From Candidatus Nanoarchaeia archaeon (GTDB lineage: Archaea > Nanobdellota > Nanobdellia > Pacearchaeales > GW2011-AR1), in contig JBAQGX010000004.1 of the NCBI GenBank assembly GCA_049288015.1, positions 7,146 through 71,145 on the forward strand: DNA of 64,000 bases, written 5' to 3'. Both the position numbers and the translations under genes were made by a program. This document shows, one piece after another, positions 45,286 through 53,546 of the stretch; positions within the stretch are counted from its first letter, which is position 1, and the number at the start of each line of letters is the position of its first letter. The notes under the pieces are model-generated. The model saw nothing but the letters and a program-made list of their open reading frames with translations. It was not told the origin of the DNA and did no database searches.

Positions 45286-45891
45286 ATGAAAGAACATCAT
45301 TCTGCACTTTCAATTATCATTGGAAGAAGCATAGGATTTATTATGTTTGTAATTTTGCTTCTTATTGCTAGTTTGCTTGCGGCAACTATTCAGAATCCGG
45401 TTTATTCCAGCATAATAAATTTCTTCAATGCAAATATTCCTCTGTTTTTCTCTCTTCTAATCTTTGGTATAATAAACGAAATATTTTGGAATTTTGAATT
45501 CCCATTCAGTGTATTAGCTCCAATAACAAGTGCTATATTAAGCACAATAATTGTCTCATTCATTTACAATGTCTGGCAATTCATGAATATATATACTCAT
45601 TCAGTTGTTATAATCCCTATAGACTTAATTTCTTTAATAGTCTTCATAATTGTAATTGTAGCAGGTTATGCAAAACTTGCAAAAGAAGGCTTTGAATTTG
45701 AGAGATTGCATAAGATAGAATGGAGAAAAGAAAAAGATAAAATAAAAAATGAGTTAAAACAGAAAAAAAGGGGAAAAGATATAGAATGGGATGATGTTGA
45801 AAACCAGTTCAAAGTTTTATTCTATAATCTTGGAGATTCTTTAAATAAGTCATTTGAGAAACACGCTAAGAGAAAAAAGAGAAGAAGATAA
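45286..45891 (+). CDS. Hypothetical multi-pass membrane protein with basic C-terminal tail
   Basis: About 4 hydrophobic helices followed by a K/E-rich soluble tail ending KRKKRRR. Confidence 0.5.
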   Translation: MKEHHSALSIIIGRSIGFIMFVILLLIASLLAATIQNPVYSSIINFFNANIPLFFSLLIFGIINEIFWNFEFPFSVLAPITSAILSTIIVSFIYNVWQFMNIYTHSVVIIPIDLISLIVFIIVIVAGYAKLAKEGFEFERLHKIEWRKEKDKIKNELKQKKRGKDIEWDDVENQFKVLFYNLGDSLNKSFEKHAKRKKRRR

Positions 45892-45904
45892 TTAAAAGCT
45901 TAAA

Positions 45905-46396
45905 TTATTTCTTGGTAAATTCTTCTATGATATTTTTGTTTCTTACTTCTGGATGAAATAATGTTGAATATAGATTATCTTTATGAAAAATTTCGGGAAG
46001 CGCTGCAAACTGATGGAGATGATATACTTCCAATTTTCCTTTAACTCCTAAGAACTCTTCATTAATGTTCAATTCTTTCAAACCGATTTCTTTATTCTTT
46101 TTTAATTTATAACCTAAGACCAATCCTATAACATGCGCACCCCCACAAATCCCAAAAATTGGAGAAGTAAATTTTTTTATCCAGCTAAATTTGTCTAAAT
46201 GCATAATAAAATCATTATCCTTCAAGGAAGTCCCACAGATAATTATTTTGTCAGACTTAGCTAAGTCTGTATTATTAAGTTCAAGATAATGTCTTGTGAA
46301 AAACTTAATATTCTTATTTTTTAAGATATCTTCAATTGGCTTAACAAATTCAAAATAATGAAGTTTCTCTTTACAGATATTTATAATTAAAATCAT
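45905..46396 (-). CDS. Class I glutamine amidotransferase-like protein
   Basis: Nucleophile-elbow-like FGICGGAHVIG and C-terminal LFHPEV (His-x-Glu) motif. Short (163 aa). Confidence 0.55.
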   Translation of the reverse strand: MILIINICKEKLHYFEFVKPIEDILKNKNIKFFTRHYLELNNTDLAKSDKIIICGTSLKDNDFIMHLDKFSWIKKFTSPIFGICGGAHVIGLVLGYKLKKNKEIGLKELNINEEFLGVKGKLEVYHLHQFAALPEIFHKDNLYSTLFHPEVRNKNIIEEFTKK

Positions 46397-46434
46397 TAAA
46401 AATAAAGAAAAAAGGAAGTTAAAAATCTAACTTC

Positions 46435-47199
46435 CTAAACAATTCTATATATTGCTGTTACGCTTGCAGTCACATCCTGACTTGTTGGAGCCAGATTCAT
46501 TACTGCCTGCTTTGCAGCTGCGGTGTTACCTACCAAACCACCAGATGATGATACTCCTGCATATATTACACCAGGGTAATAGTTGAAGTTGTCAACACTT
46601 ACTGAAACCAGATTTCCTGTTGATTTCCCGAATCCAGATGCAACAGAGTCGGCCTTTATCTTTGCATCCTGAGAAGCCAAAGTTAAAGCTTGTGATTTAT
46701 ACTGGTTTTGCAATGCATTGCTCAATTCAAAATCTATTGAAGATATTCCTGCGCCGGAATTTGCACCTGCATCAATTACTGCTGCTAACTTATCTGTGTC
46801 ATTTGCAGAAAACTCAAGTTTCACCATATGATCTGCAATGTATCCGTTATTAGTTGATTTCCCCATGCTATCATAGATAACATTTGGATAGATATTGAAG
46901 CTATCTGTTCCAATCTGACTTTCGTTGAATCCCATTGCTAGTAGAACGCTCTTCAAATTGCTATAAATAACATTGTTCGCATCATTGGCCTGAGAACTCG
47001 TGGTTCCATTTGTTTGTATTTCAAGATACACGGCAACCAAGTCAGGAACGGCTTTTATGTCAGAAGTTCCCTGAACACTGATAGTGTTGCTTGTAGTTGA
47101 AAACGTAGGAACAAACACAAAAATTGCCAGCAAGACTATAACTATTAAAGTAACTGAAATAATTGAAGTTATTACAATTGCGTTGTTTTCTTTTTTCAT
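46435..47199 (-). CDS. SIMPL/DUF541-family protein, membrane-anchored
   Basis: N-terminal TM. ISVQGTSDIKAVPDLVAVYLEIQT... and the C-terminal ...VTASVTAIYRI pattern are typical of DUF541 (SIMPL). Confidence 0.65.
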   Translation of the reverse strand: MKKENNAIVITSIISVTLIVIVLLAIFVFVPTFSTTSNTISVQGTSDIKAVPDLVAVYLEIQTNGTTSSQANDANNVIYSNLKSVLLAMGFNESQIGTDSFNIYPNVIYDSMGKSTNNGYIADHMVKLEFSANDTDKLAAVIDAGANSGAGISSIDFELSNALQNQYKSQALTLASQDAKIKADSVASGFGKSTGNLVSVSVDNFNYYPGVIYAGVSSSGGLVGNTAAAKQAVMNLAPTSQDVTASVTAIYRIV

Positions 47200-47208
47200 T
47201 TTACCTCC

Positions 47209-47817
47209 TTACAATTTTCTCCAATTTACAATTGAAAAAATTAATATAGAAACTAGTCCACCTATCAAAAACCATAACCAAACTTGGTAAGGAACAGTAT
47301 TAGCCACAGATGAAACAGTTTGCAAGGCAGATGATGCAACAGGAGCCCCTACACTTGCAGAGTTATAAACACAGGCAGTGGATCCTTCTCTTAGGCTAGA
47401 ATTGCAGGATGCAAGTGAGGATGATACTTTTCCATAAGCCCAGATAGCAAGCGTCCCTGCAGCTGTAAGAATAACAGCAGGAACTATTGATTTTATCTTC
47501 TCTTTTGTAGGCTTTTTGTGCGATATTATAATTGATTTATTTGAAACCTCATACATTGTTATCTTCTTCCCTTTCCGGCTCCAAAAGAAATTTTTTCTTT
47601 TCTGAACAAATCCAGATTCAACTAGTTTTTTTATGTTGTATTCAACAGTATTAAGAGGTATGCCTAATTTATCTGAAAGGTCTTTTTCACTTGCCTCTTT
47701 ATTCTCAGCTAAATATCCAATTATATTTTTACATGTCTTTGAAGACAGAACTTCTGCCACAGACTTTGATTTCTCATCATCAAGGGACACTAGTATAAAC
47801 TTATCTTCATCAACCAT
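47209..47817 (-). CDS. Winged-helix (ArsR/TrmB-like) transcription regulator fused to C-terminal TM segments
   Basis: VAEVLSSKTCKNIIGYLAENKEASEKDLSDKLGIPLNTVEYNIKKLVESGFV is a wHTH. Two hydrophobic helices follow (IVPAVILTAAGTLAIWAY and VWLWFLIGGLVSILIFSIV). Confidence 0.6.
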   Translation of the reverse strand: MVDEDKFILVSLDDEKSKSVAEVLSSKTCKNIIGYLAENKEASEKDLSDKLGIPLNTVEYNIKKLVESGFVQKRKNFFWSRKGKKITMYEVSNKSIIISHKKPTKEKIKSIVPAVILTAAGTLAIWAYGKVSSSLASCNSSLREGSTACVYNSASVGAPVASSALQTVSSVANTVPYQVWLWFLIGGLVSILIFSIVNWRKL

Positions 47818-47882
47818 ATTTAAGATACATAAAGATTATTTATAAATAATTTGAAGAGTTCAATGTGGATAGAAGTAATGAT

Positions 47883-48551
47883 CTAAAATTTCACTTCTCT
47901 TCTCCAACTGTTTTCTCCCTCCTTAATATCTATATAAGACTTAATCTTTAATGGCTTTTTAAATAATGGACAGTCAATAACAAAACTTTCAAATTCACCA
48001 CCTTCTCCCGCTGGAGAAATTTTATATTTTTGATTTAAAATTCTAATTTCTTCAATAAATTTCTGATCAATTGGTCTTCCTAACCATTTTTCATCCAATG
48101 GAAAAGCAAAAATTCCCGTTAGAATTACTTTGAACTTATTTTTTACTAAATCTTCTAAAAGTTCAAACTGATCCTTCTGCCATAATGGGTTAAAACATTC
48201 TATGTCAAGTTCATTACATATTTTCTGAATTCTAGAAGCTTGATAAACACTTTCTACAGCTCCAGTAACAATTCCTTCTATTTTGTAGCTCTTAATCGCT
48301 TCTTTAATCGCATTCTTCAAATCTTTCAATTCCTCTTCTTTTTTTCCCTTTGTTTTCTTAAGAATTATAGGAACATTCATGGTTTTAGCCTGAATTTCGG
48401 TTGAAGATATTGATGGAGTATGAAACATGTAAGAATCTTTGTTCAAAGAGACAAGAGATATTAGGCAAACAATTTCATATCCTTGATCTTTAGCTAGCCA
48501 CGCCGCATAAGTAGAATCTTTCCCACCTGAAAATAGAACACCAAGTTTCAT
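47883..48551 (-). CDS. PP-loop ATPase of the MJ0570 / Dph6 (diphthine-ammonia ligase) family
   Basis: MKLGVLFSGGKDSTYAAWLA (SGGKDS PP-loop), ...DSYMFHTP..., GIVTGAVESVYQ and NPLW blocks typical of the family. Confidence 0.75.
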   Translation of the reverse strand: MKLGVLFSGGKDSTYAAWLAKDQGYEIVCLISLVSLNKDSYMFHTPSISSTEIQAKTMNVPIILKKTKGKKEEELKDLKNAIKEAIKSYKIEGIVTGAVESVYQASRIQKICNELDIECFNPLWQKDQFELLEDLVKNKFKVILTGIFAFPLDEKWLGRPIDQKFIEEIRILNQKYKISPAGEGGEFESFVIDCPLFKKPLKIKSYIDIKEGENSWRREVKF

Positions 48552-49300
48552 TTTTCGACCCAGATAAACCTTAAAGTCTTAACTAGTTTACCTTCTGGAG
48601 CAAATTTCTTGGCCAAATATTGAAACCTTGAGACCTCTTCGAATGTAATCTGCGAAAAAGGCTTATGGTAATAAAAAGATATTAATCCTTCTCCTTTTTC
48701 ATTTAACTTTAATGCATTTGTAAGATCAATCTGCGCTTTGGCATATTCATAACTTACTTTTAATCCTAATTTTTTAAAATACTCAAAAAAATCTTCTTTA
48801 CGTTTTCCAGAATCTAATTTTAAAGCCAAAGCCCTCTTTAATCTTAGATCATCACTATCTGTTGAAGCACCTACAACAAGAAGTTTCCCTTTAGGATTTA
48901 AGGAATTTTCTAGAGTTTTTGCAAATTTTTCCTTATTTGTGACATATTGCAATGAATGGGCCATTAAAATGAGATCTGACTCTGGAATATCTGTTTCTTC
49001 CATTCCTTTTTTTATATAATGAACTCCAGACCCACATTTCTTTTTTAGGGTCTCAATAAGACTTGATGGTTCAATACAGTAAGTATCTAATTTTGCGCCC
49101 TTTTTTATAAATTTCATTATTGGGAGAGTTACTGTGCCTTCTCCTGCCCCAATGTCTGTAAACACAAATTTTTTATAATCCCTTAGAGAATATTTTTCCT
49201 CAATAGCCGATAATATGTAATCTATTGTAACCTTCTTTTCATTTGTTTGAGTTATAAAGGTAGGAAAAGATCCTTCTTTTGAATATGAAGAGTCTTTCAT
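48548..49300 (-). CDS. Class I SAM-dependent methyltransferase
   Basis: Motif I FTDIGAGEGTVT. The stop overlaps the start of the downstream PP-loop ATPase by 4 nt. Confidence 0.65.
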   Translation of the reverse strand: MKDSSYSKEGSFPTFITQTNEKKVTIDYILSAIEEKYSLRDYKKFVFTDIGAGEGTVTLPIMKFIKKGAKLDTYCIEPSSLIETLKKKCGSGVHYIKKGMEETDIPESDLILMAHSLQYVTNKEKFAKTLENSLNPKGKLLVVGASTDSDDLRLKRALALKLDSGKRKEDFFEYFKKLGLKVSYEYAKAQIDLTNALKLNEKGEGLISFYYHKPFSQITFEEVSRFQYLAKKFAPEGKLVKTLRFIWVEK

Positions 49301-49346
49301 ATAGTTAGAAATTAGAATTATTTAATAAATGTTTTGACACTAAAAA

Positions 49347-50255
49347 CTATTTTTCTTCAAAATTTTCCGATTCTAAAATTTCACTTTCAAAAATATCTGG
49401 TTCTTCAGTATTATCCACCCCTTTGACTTCTTCATCCAGTGCTTTCCCATACTCTTTTATTAATTCTGAAAAGAAATCTGGATTCTTCTTAAAATAAAGA
49501 TTTCTTGGCCAAATATAGAACTCTTCAAAATGTCCAAATTGTTCCAACCAAACTTTTCTCTGATTTTCTAAATTGAGCAACATTGCAAAAGAAATAATTC
49601 TTTCTTCTTTATCTGCTCCTGAAAGTTCTGAAAATGAAATTTTCTCGGCAAAATTCTGTTTTATGTAATTAAGCAACTTTTCATATATCTCTTTTGATTT
49701 TGTTGAAGGGTTAAATCTTCTTTTTGGAAGAGAAATTGAAGTTTCTCTGATTGCGTTGTTATTTATTATTTCTTTCTTTATCCTTCTGTTTTCAGTTATA
49801 ATCGCTTTATTTAGTGATTCTATAAGCTCTTTCAACGAGACTTTCTTAAATCTTGGCAGGGGACTTTTTGGGATCAGATCTGGAATATCTTCAAAATCTA
49901 GCTCATCTAGGTTTATTTTTTGAACTTTTTCTTCTTTCTTTCCAAAAAGTATTTCATCAATGCTTTTCAGGTATTTATTTAACAATAATTCAGATTTTAT
50001 TCTAAGAAGAAATGCCGCTGCAAGCAAAACTTTACTTGAAACAAAGAAATCTTCATCTTCAAGTCGTTTTAACCTTTCCAAATACTTGTTTGTAAGAATA
50101 CCTATATCGATATCCCAGGGATCTAACTGCTCAGTATTGATTAAATCATATATTATCTCTTGCCAGCTTATTTCTCTGCTGAATAATAAATCATGAATTT
50201 GCTCTTGTTTAGAACTAATATCTGGTTTGGGTTTATCTTCCTCTTCTTTTTTCAT
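49347..50255 (-). CDS. scpA: Segregation and condensation protein A (kleisin ScpA)
   Basis: ISWQEIIYDLINTEQLDPWDIDIGILTNKYLERL... matches the ScpA N-terminal signature. Winged-helix-like C-terminus. Confidence 0.75.
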   Translation of the reverse strand: MKKEEEDKPKPDISSKQEQIHDLLFSREISWQEIIYDLINTEQLDPWDIDIGILTNKYLERLKRLEDEDFFVSSKVLLAAAFLLRIKSELLLNKYLKSIDEILFGKKEEKVQKINLDELDFEDIPDLIPKSPLPRFKKVSLKELIESLNKAIITENRRIKKEIINNNAIRETSISLPKRRFNPSTKSKEIYEKLLNYIKQNFAEKISFSELSGADKEERIISFAMLLNLENQRKVWLEQFGHFEEFYIWPRNLYFKKNPDFFSELIKEYGKALDEEVKGVDNTEEPDIFESEILESENFEEK

Positions 50256-50363
50256 TAAGTATATAAAGAAAAGATATATATAAAAGTGTGTAGTTCCTAT
50301 AATTTATAGTCTGGAGTACCTAATTTTACAAAGAAAAAGGAGGTATTGATTACTACTATACGT

Positions 50364-50545
50364 TGACAAGGCCTTGTCATTCTTTAAGGGTAACAAAACC
50401 GAAAGGTTTATATAGCGGGTGTCTCTAGGTTTATTATCACCTCTTTTTCCCCAGGAGAGGCTTCAGGTTGTCTTTTTGATTAACTTGAAGAATCTCCCAG
50501 GGTTTATGCTTTCGGGGGTTCCTGTAGTAGATTGATATACTGGAT
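50364..50545. ncRNA. Candidate structured RNA (family and strand undetermined)
   Basis: Locally GC-enriched patches within a 305-nt intergenic gap. 16-nt perfect palindrome TGACAAGGCCTTGTCA (50364-50379). AAACC-GAAA-GGTTT GNRA-tetraloop hairpin (50396-50409). Long imperfect hairpin 50449-50502 with symmetric CA/CA and GG/AA internal loops. Confidence 0.25.
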
Positions 50546-50560
50546 GAACTAAATAATACA

Positions 50561-50839
50561 ATGGAATACACAATATCAAGGATTAAAGTGAAACCAGAGA
50601 CTTATGTAGTATCTACCAATGAACATTCAAATTCTTGGAGTGTATCTGGAGACTTAACAAGAGTTTTATCTAAAGTCTTGAAAATTGATGGCCTTAAGCA
50701 ACATAAAGAACATATAACAATATCCCTTGAAGGAAATTTTGACTCTGAGTCAATATCAACGGTTAGAAGAGTTGAAGATGCTTATAATATAATACAATCT
50801 TTAGGAAAATATGATGAACCTGATTTTTCTAGCAATTAA
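50561..50839 (+). CDS. Hypothetical protein
   Basis: ORF only. Confidence 0.35.
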   Translation: MEYTISRIKVKPETYVVSTNEHSNSWSVSGDLTRVLSKVLKIDGLKQHKEHITISLEGNFDSESISTVRRVEDAYNIIQSLGKYDEPDFSSN

Positions 50840-50841
50840 TT

Positions 50842-51048
50842 CTATTTTTTCTTAAACTCAGAATAATGGCATTTGCCACAGTATAATCTATCTTTTGTGT
50901 CCATAAGGAAAACTCCTGGACCACATCTAGGGCAGTGAGCTGCCTTGACAACTTTGCTTCCCTCTATCTTGTATTTTGAATATTTCTTGCTTGTTGGTTT
51001 GTTCTTGTGTGGTTTCTTTCCTTTCTTTGCGTCCTTTTTTCCAGCCAT
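50842..51048 (-). CDS. rps27ae: Ribosomal protein eS31 (S27ae)
   Basis: KKYSKYKIEG...CPRCGPGVFLM...YCGKCHY zinc ribbon typical of S27ae. Confidence 0.9.
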   Translation of the reverse strand: MAGKKDAKKGKKPHKNKPTSKKYSKYKIEGSKVVKAAHCPRCGPGVFLMDTKDRLYCGKCHYSEFKKK

Positions 51049-51052
51049 TTTA

Positions 51053-51334
51053 TTATTTCTTACCCTTCTTTGGCTTTTTTGCCTTTTTATTTACTACATG
51101 GAATCTTTCTCTTTCCGAGGATGTACTGTATATCTTTGCAGTTATTGTAAAATCATCTGTACCAAACTTTCCAGCTACTTTTTCAATATGAACTTGATCT
51201 TCTGGAACAGAAAGCTTTTCGGCAACCATCTTTTTAGCATTTCCCATACTAGGTGGAGACTGCAGCTCTGTAACTTTGAAAATTACTTCTCTTCTATTCG
51301 ATAAAATATTGTGTTTTTCTTTTGTTAATTCCAT
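51053..51334 (-). CDS. rps24e: Ribosomal protein eS24 (S24e)
   Basis: NILSNRREVIFKV...HIEKVAGKFGTDDFTITAKIY is typical of S24e. Conserved position next to S27ae. Confidence 0.9.
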   Translation of the reverse strand: MELTKEKHNILSNRREVIFKVTELQSPPSMGNAKKMVAEKLSVPEDQVHIEKVAGKFGTDDFTITAKIYSTSSERERFHVVNKKAKKPKKGKK

Positions 51335-51335
51335 T

Positions 51336-51521
51336 TTATAGTTTTATTGCAAAATTTCCTTTTTCTTTAATTCCAATTTTTGGTGCAATCTCCGATTTTT
51401 CAGGATTCATTACTATTATTCTTCCCTTAAAGCTATCACTAGATTCCTTTGAACCACAGTTTGGACATTTATCTCCTTCATATATTCTCTTGCATATCCT
51501 GCAAGCTTTAGCTTTAGGCAT
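51336..51521 (-). CDS. spt4: Transcription elongation factor Spt4 (RpoE'')
   Basis: MPKAKACRICKRIYEGDKCPNCGS zinc ribbon and the 61-aa size. The upstream part of the 101-aa track ORF is not used. Confidence 0.85.
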   Translation of the reverse strand: MPKAKACRICKRIYEGDKCPNCGSKESSDSFKGRIIVMNPEKSEIAPKIGIKEKGNFAIKL

Positions 51522-51708
51522 TTTTAGACTCTCCCATAAACTTATTATATCTAAAACAATTTTCTGGATCTTCACATCCGCTGTTGATGCAAACAACAGA
51601 ACCATCATAGCATGAACCTTCCATTTTACTAAGAGGTTCATAGAAGAAACATTTTGGTCTAGGAAGACTTGCTTGACTTTCTCTTAATGTACTAGCTATA
51701 TCTCTCAT
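51514..51708 (-). CDS. Small Cys-rich hypothetical protein between rpo7 and spt4
   Basis: 64-aa ORF whose ATG overlaps the rpo7 stop (ATGA) and whose end overlaps the spt4 start by 8 nt. Five Cys residues. Confidence 0.4.
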   Translation of the reverse strand: MRDIASTLRESQASLPRPKCFFYEPLSKMEGSCYDGSVVCINSGCEDPENCFRYNKFMGESKNA

Positions 51709-52319
51709 TGTTTCTTCTCCTTCTTTCCCTTTGTTTTCTTTTCGCCTGATTCTTCTCTTGCTGCTTTCTTCGCGTCCCTATCCTTTTTTACATGATCTTC
51801 TTTAATCCATTCCAATTTTCCAAGTCCAGGTTGTCTCATTGTCAAACCAATCTTTGGAGATCCACCTTTGTGACTTATTGCAACAATTCTTGCCATGCAA
51901 AGATCCCCGCCTTTCAGTGATCTCTTTGAAGCTTTCCCAACAAGACTATCAGTTTTTGAAAAACTCACATAATCATTCATTGTCTGGCTTATATGGATCA
52001 TTCCTCTCATTACCCCTAAATCAATAAAAGCTCCGAAATTCGTGATTTCTGTAATTGAACCATAAACAAGTTCCTGCAACTCGGGTTTCCATACGAGCAA
52101 TTTAAATTTTGAAGCATAATAAACAGCACCGTCGCCAGGAATTATAATTCCATCTCCAATTTCCATTACTTCAACAACTGTAATTACCTTACCCAAATCT
52201 CTCTCATAGTAATCCTTGTAAGTCTCTTTAAGTTGTCTCTCAATTGCTTCTCTTGTAGACAAACCAAATAATTTTGGCTCGACTCTTACATGATCTTCAA
52301 CTTCAGTTATATAGAACAT
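51705..52319 (-). CDS. rpoE: DNA-directed RNA polymerase subunit E' (Rpo7) with Lys-rich C-terminal extension
   Basis: MFYITEVEDHVRVEPKLFG N-terminal domain plus S1 domain (GSITEITNFGAFIDLG). Conserved rpo7-spt4-S24e-S27ae neighbourhood. Confidence 0.9.
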   Translation of the reverse strand: MFYITEVEDHVRVEPKLFGLSTREAIERQLKETYKDYYERDLGKVITVVEVMEIGDGIIIPGDGAVYYASKFKLLVWKPELQELVYGSITEITNFGAFIDLGVMRGMIHISQTMNDYVSFSKTDSLVGKASKRSLKGGDLCMARIVAISHKGGSPKIGLTMRQPGLGKLEWIKEDHVKKDRDAKKAAREESGEKKTKGKKEKKQ

Positions 52320-52380
52320 TGAAAAAAGTTAGTGAATTTGGTTTTTAAAGCTTATTATTTCAAGGGAGAAAAATTATTCT

Positions 52381-52752
52381 CTATATAATCTCTAATGTCT
52401 TAATCCCTCTTATGATTAATTTATGATTTTGAATTTTTTCCTTAAGCTCCTTATCAAGAGTTGCAATAATTAAATCCTTATCTTCACCAGCAATTTTTAT
52501 TATCCCCTTATCAACATAATTATAATCTAATTTTATTAGCTTGAATTTACTTCTATTTAACAATTTCAATGCCAAGTCTGCTTCTTCCCTTATTGAAGCA
52601 CTTTCTCTTGACTTTGATAATTTTTTTATTTCATCAAATACCTGTTTTGGAATAAGAATTTCAAGGCCCATTAATGGAATTTCCTCAAAAAAGTCTATTT
52701 TTTGCCTCACGCAACTTATTATGAAGTTTGTATCAAGCAAAACTTGTCTCAT
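52381..52752 (-). CDS. PIN-domain protein (Fcf1/COG1412-like)
   Basis: MRQVLLDTNFII... with acidic residues spaced as in PIN domains. The position upstream of rpo7 matches the conserved archaeal neighbourhood. Confidence 0.75.
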   Translation of the reverse strand: MRQVLLDTNFIISCVRQKIDFFEEIPLMGLEILIPKQVFDEIKKLSKSRESASIREEADLALKLLNRSKFKLIKLDYNYVDKGIIKIAGEDKDLIIATLDKELKEKIQNHKLIIRGIKTLEII

Positions 52753-52826
52753 TTGTTTAGTAAAAGAATGAAGTATAAAAATATTTGTTAAGGAATATTT
52801 ATTAATTAAAATTGTTTGATAATAAA

Positions 52827-53387
52827 ATGAAGATAATCTTTGTAAGACACGGAGAATCGGAATCTAATGTAGGATTAACAAAGAGTGAGGATTCTAGTTT
52901 AACAAAAAGGGGAAGAGAACAAGCAAAATACTTGGGAATTAGACTAAAAGAACAGAATATCTATACAATTTACACCAGTAAATTGTTGAGGGCAAGACAA
53001 ACAGGAGAAATTATCTCTAAAATAATTAGAGTTCCTGTAAAAGAAAATTTGGAAGAATTAGATGAATACCCTACCAAGAACTTAAAATCAGCAACTTCAC
53101 GTGTTTTTAATAATAGATTGAGAAGATTAAAGAAGTTTCTCAAAAAGATCTCAGAAGAAAGGGACGAGGATAAGACTATACTCATCATCGCACATGGAAT
53201 AACAAATAGAATAATAATGGGATATCTCCTGAGAATGCCATTAAAAAAATATCTTCTTCATTTCTGGGAAAATAATACCGGATTGAATAGGGTTTTATGG
53301 AATAAAAAATTTAAGAACTGGCGAATGGATCGTACTAATGATATTTCACACCTACCTGATAGACTAGTTTCAGAAGATCTTATCTGA
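52827..53387 (+). CDS. Histidine phosphatase family protein (phosphoglycerate mutase-like)
   Basis: IIFVRHGESESN (RHG motif), ...LLRARQTGE... and IIAHG. The ATG at 52827 is preferred to the TTG at 52812. Confidence 0.8.
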   Translation: MKIIFVRHGESESNVGLTKSEDSSLTKRGREQAKYLGIRLKEQNIYTIYTSKLLRARQTGEIISKIIRVPVKENLEELDEYPTKNLKSATSRVFNNRLRRLKKFLKKISEERDEDKTILIIAHGITNRIIMGYLLRMPLKKYLLHFWENNTGLNRVLWNKKFKNWRMDRTNDISHLPDRLVSEDLI

Positions 53388-53434
53388 TTCTAAATACAAA
53401 AGTATTAAAATTAATTCTATTTCCTCTTAAATAT

Positions 53435-53505
53435 GGGTGCGTAGGCTAATGGCAGACTCGGCGGCTCCAGCCCGCCAGATGGGGGTTCGATTCCCTCCGT
53501 GCCCA
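53435..53505 (+). tRNA. tRNA-Trp(CCA)
   Basis: Hand-folded. Acceptor GGGTGCG/CGTGCCC (two G-U pairs). Anticodon arm GGCGG-CTCCAGC-CCGCC. T arm GGGGG-TTCGATT-CCCTC. The D stem is imperfect. Confidence 0.75.
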
Positions 53506-53546
53506 TTCCATAAGGTATATAAATGTAAATCATCTATCAATGAGTT

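Noticed and set aside
50945-51615. Plus-strand ORFs 50945-51304, 50976-51191 and 51322-51615
   Set aside because: They are antisense to the S27ae, S24e and Spt4 genes, all of which have clear family signatures.
51522-51641. N-terminal 40-aa extension of the spt4 ORF (track ORF 51336-51641)
   Set aside because: The extension is hydrophobic junk-like sequence. The canonical Spt4 begins at MPKAKACRIC (ATG at 51521), and the upstream space is better explained by the coupled 64-aa ORF.
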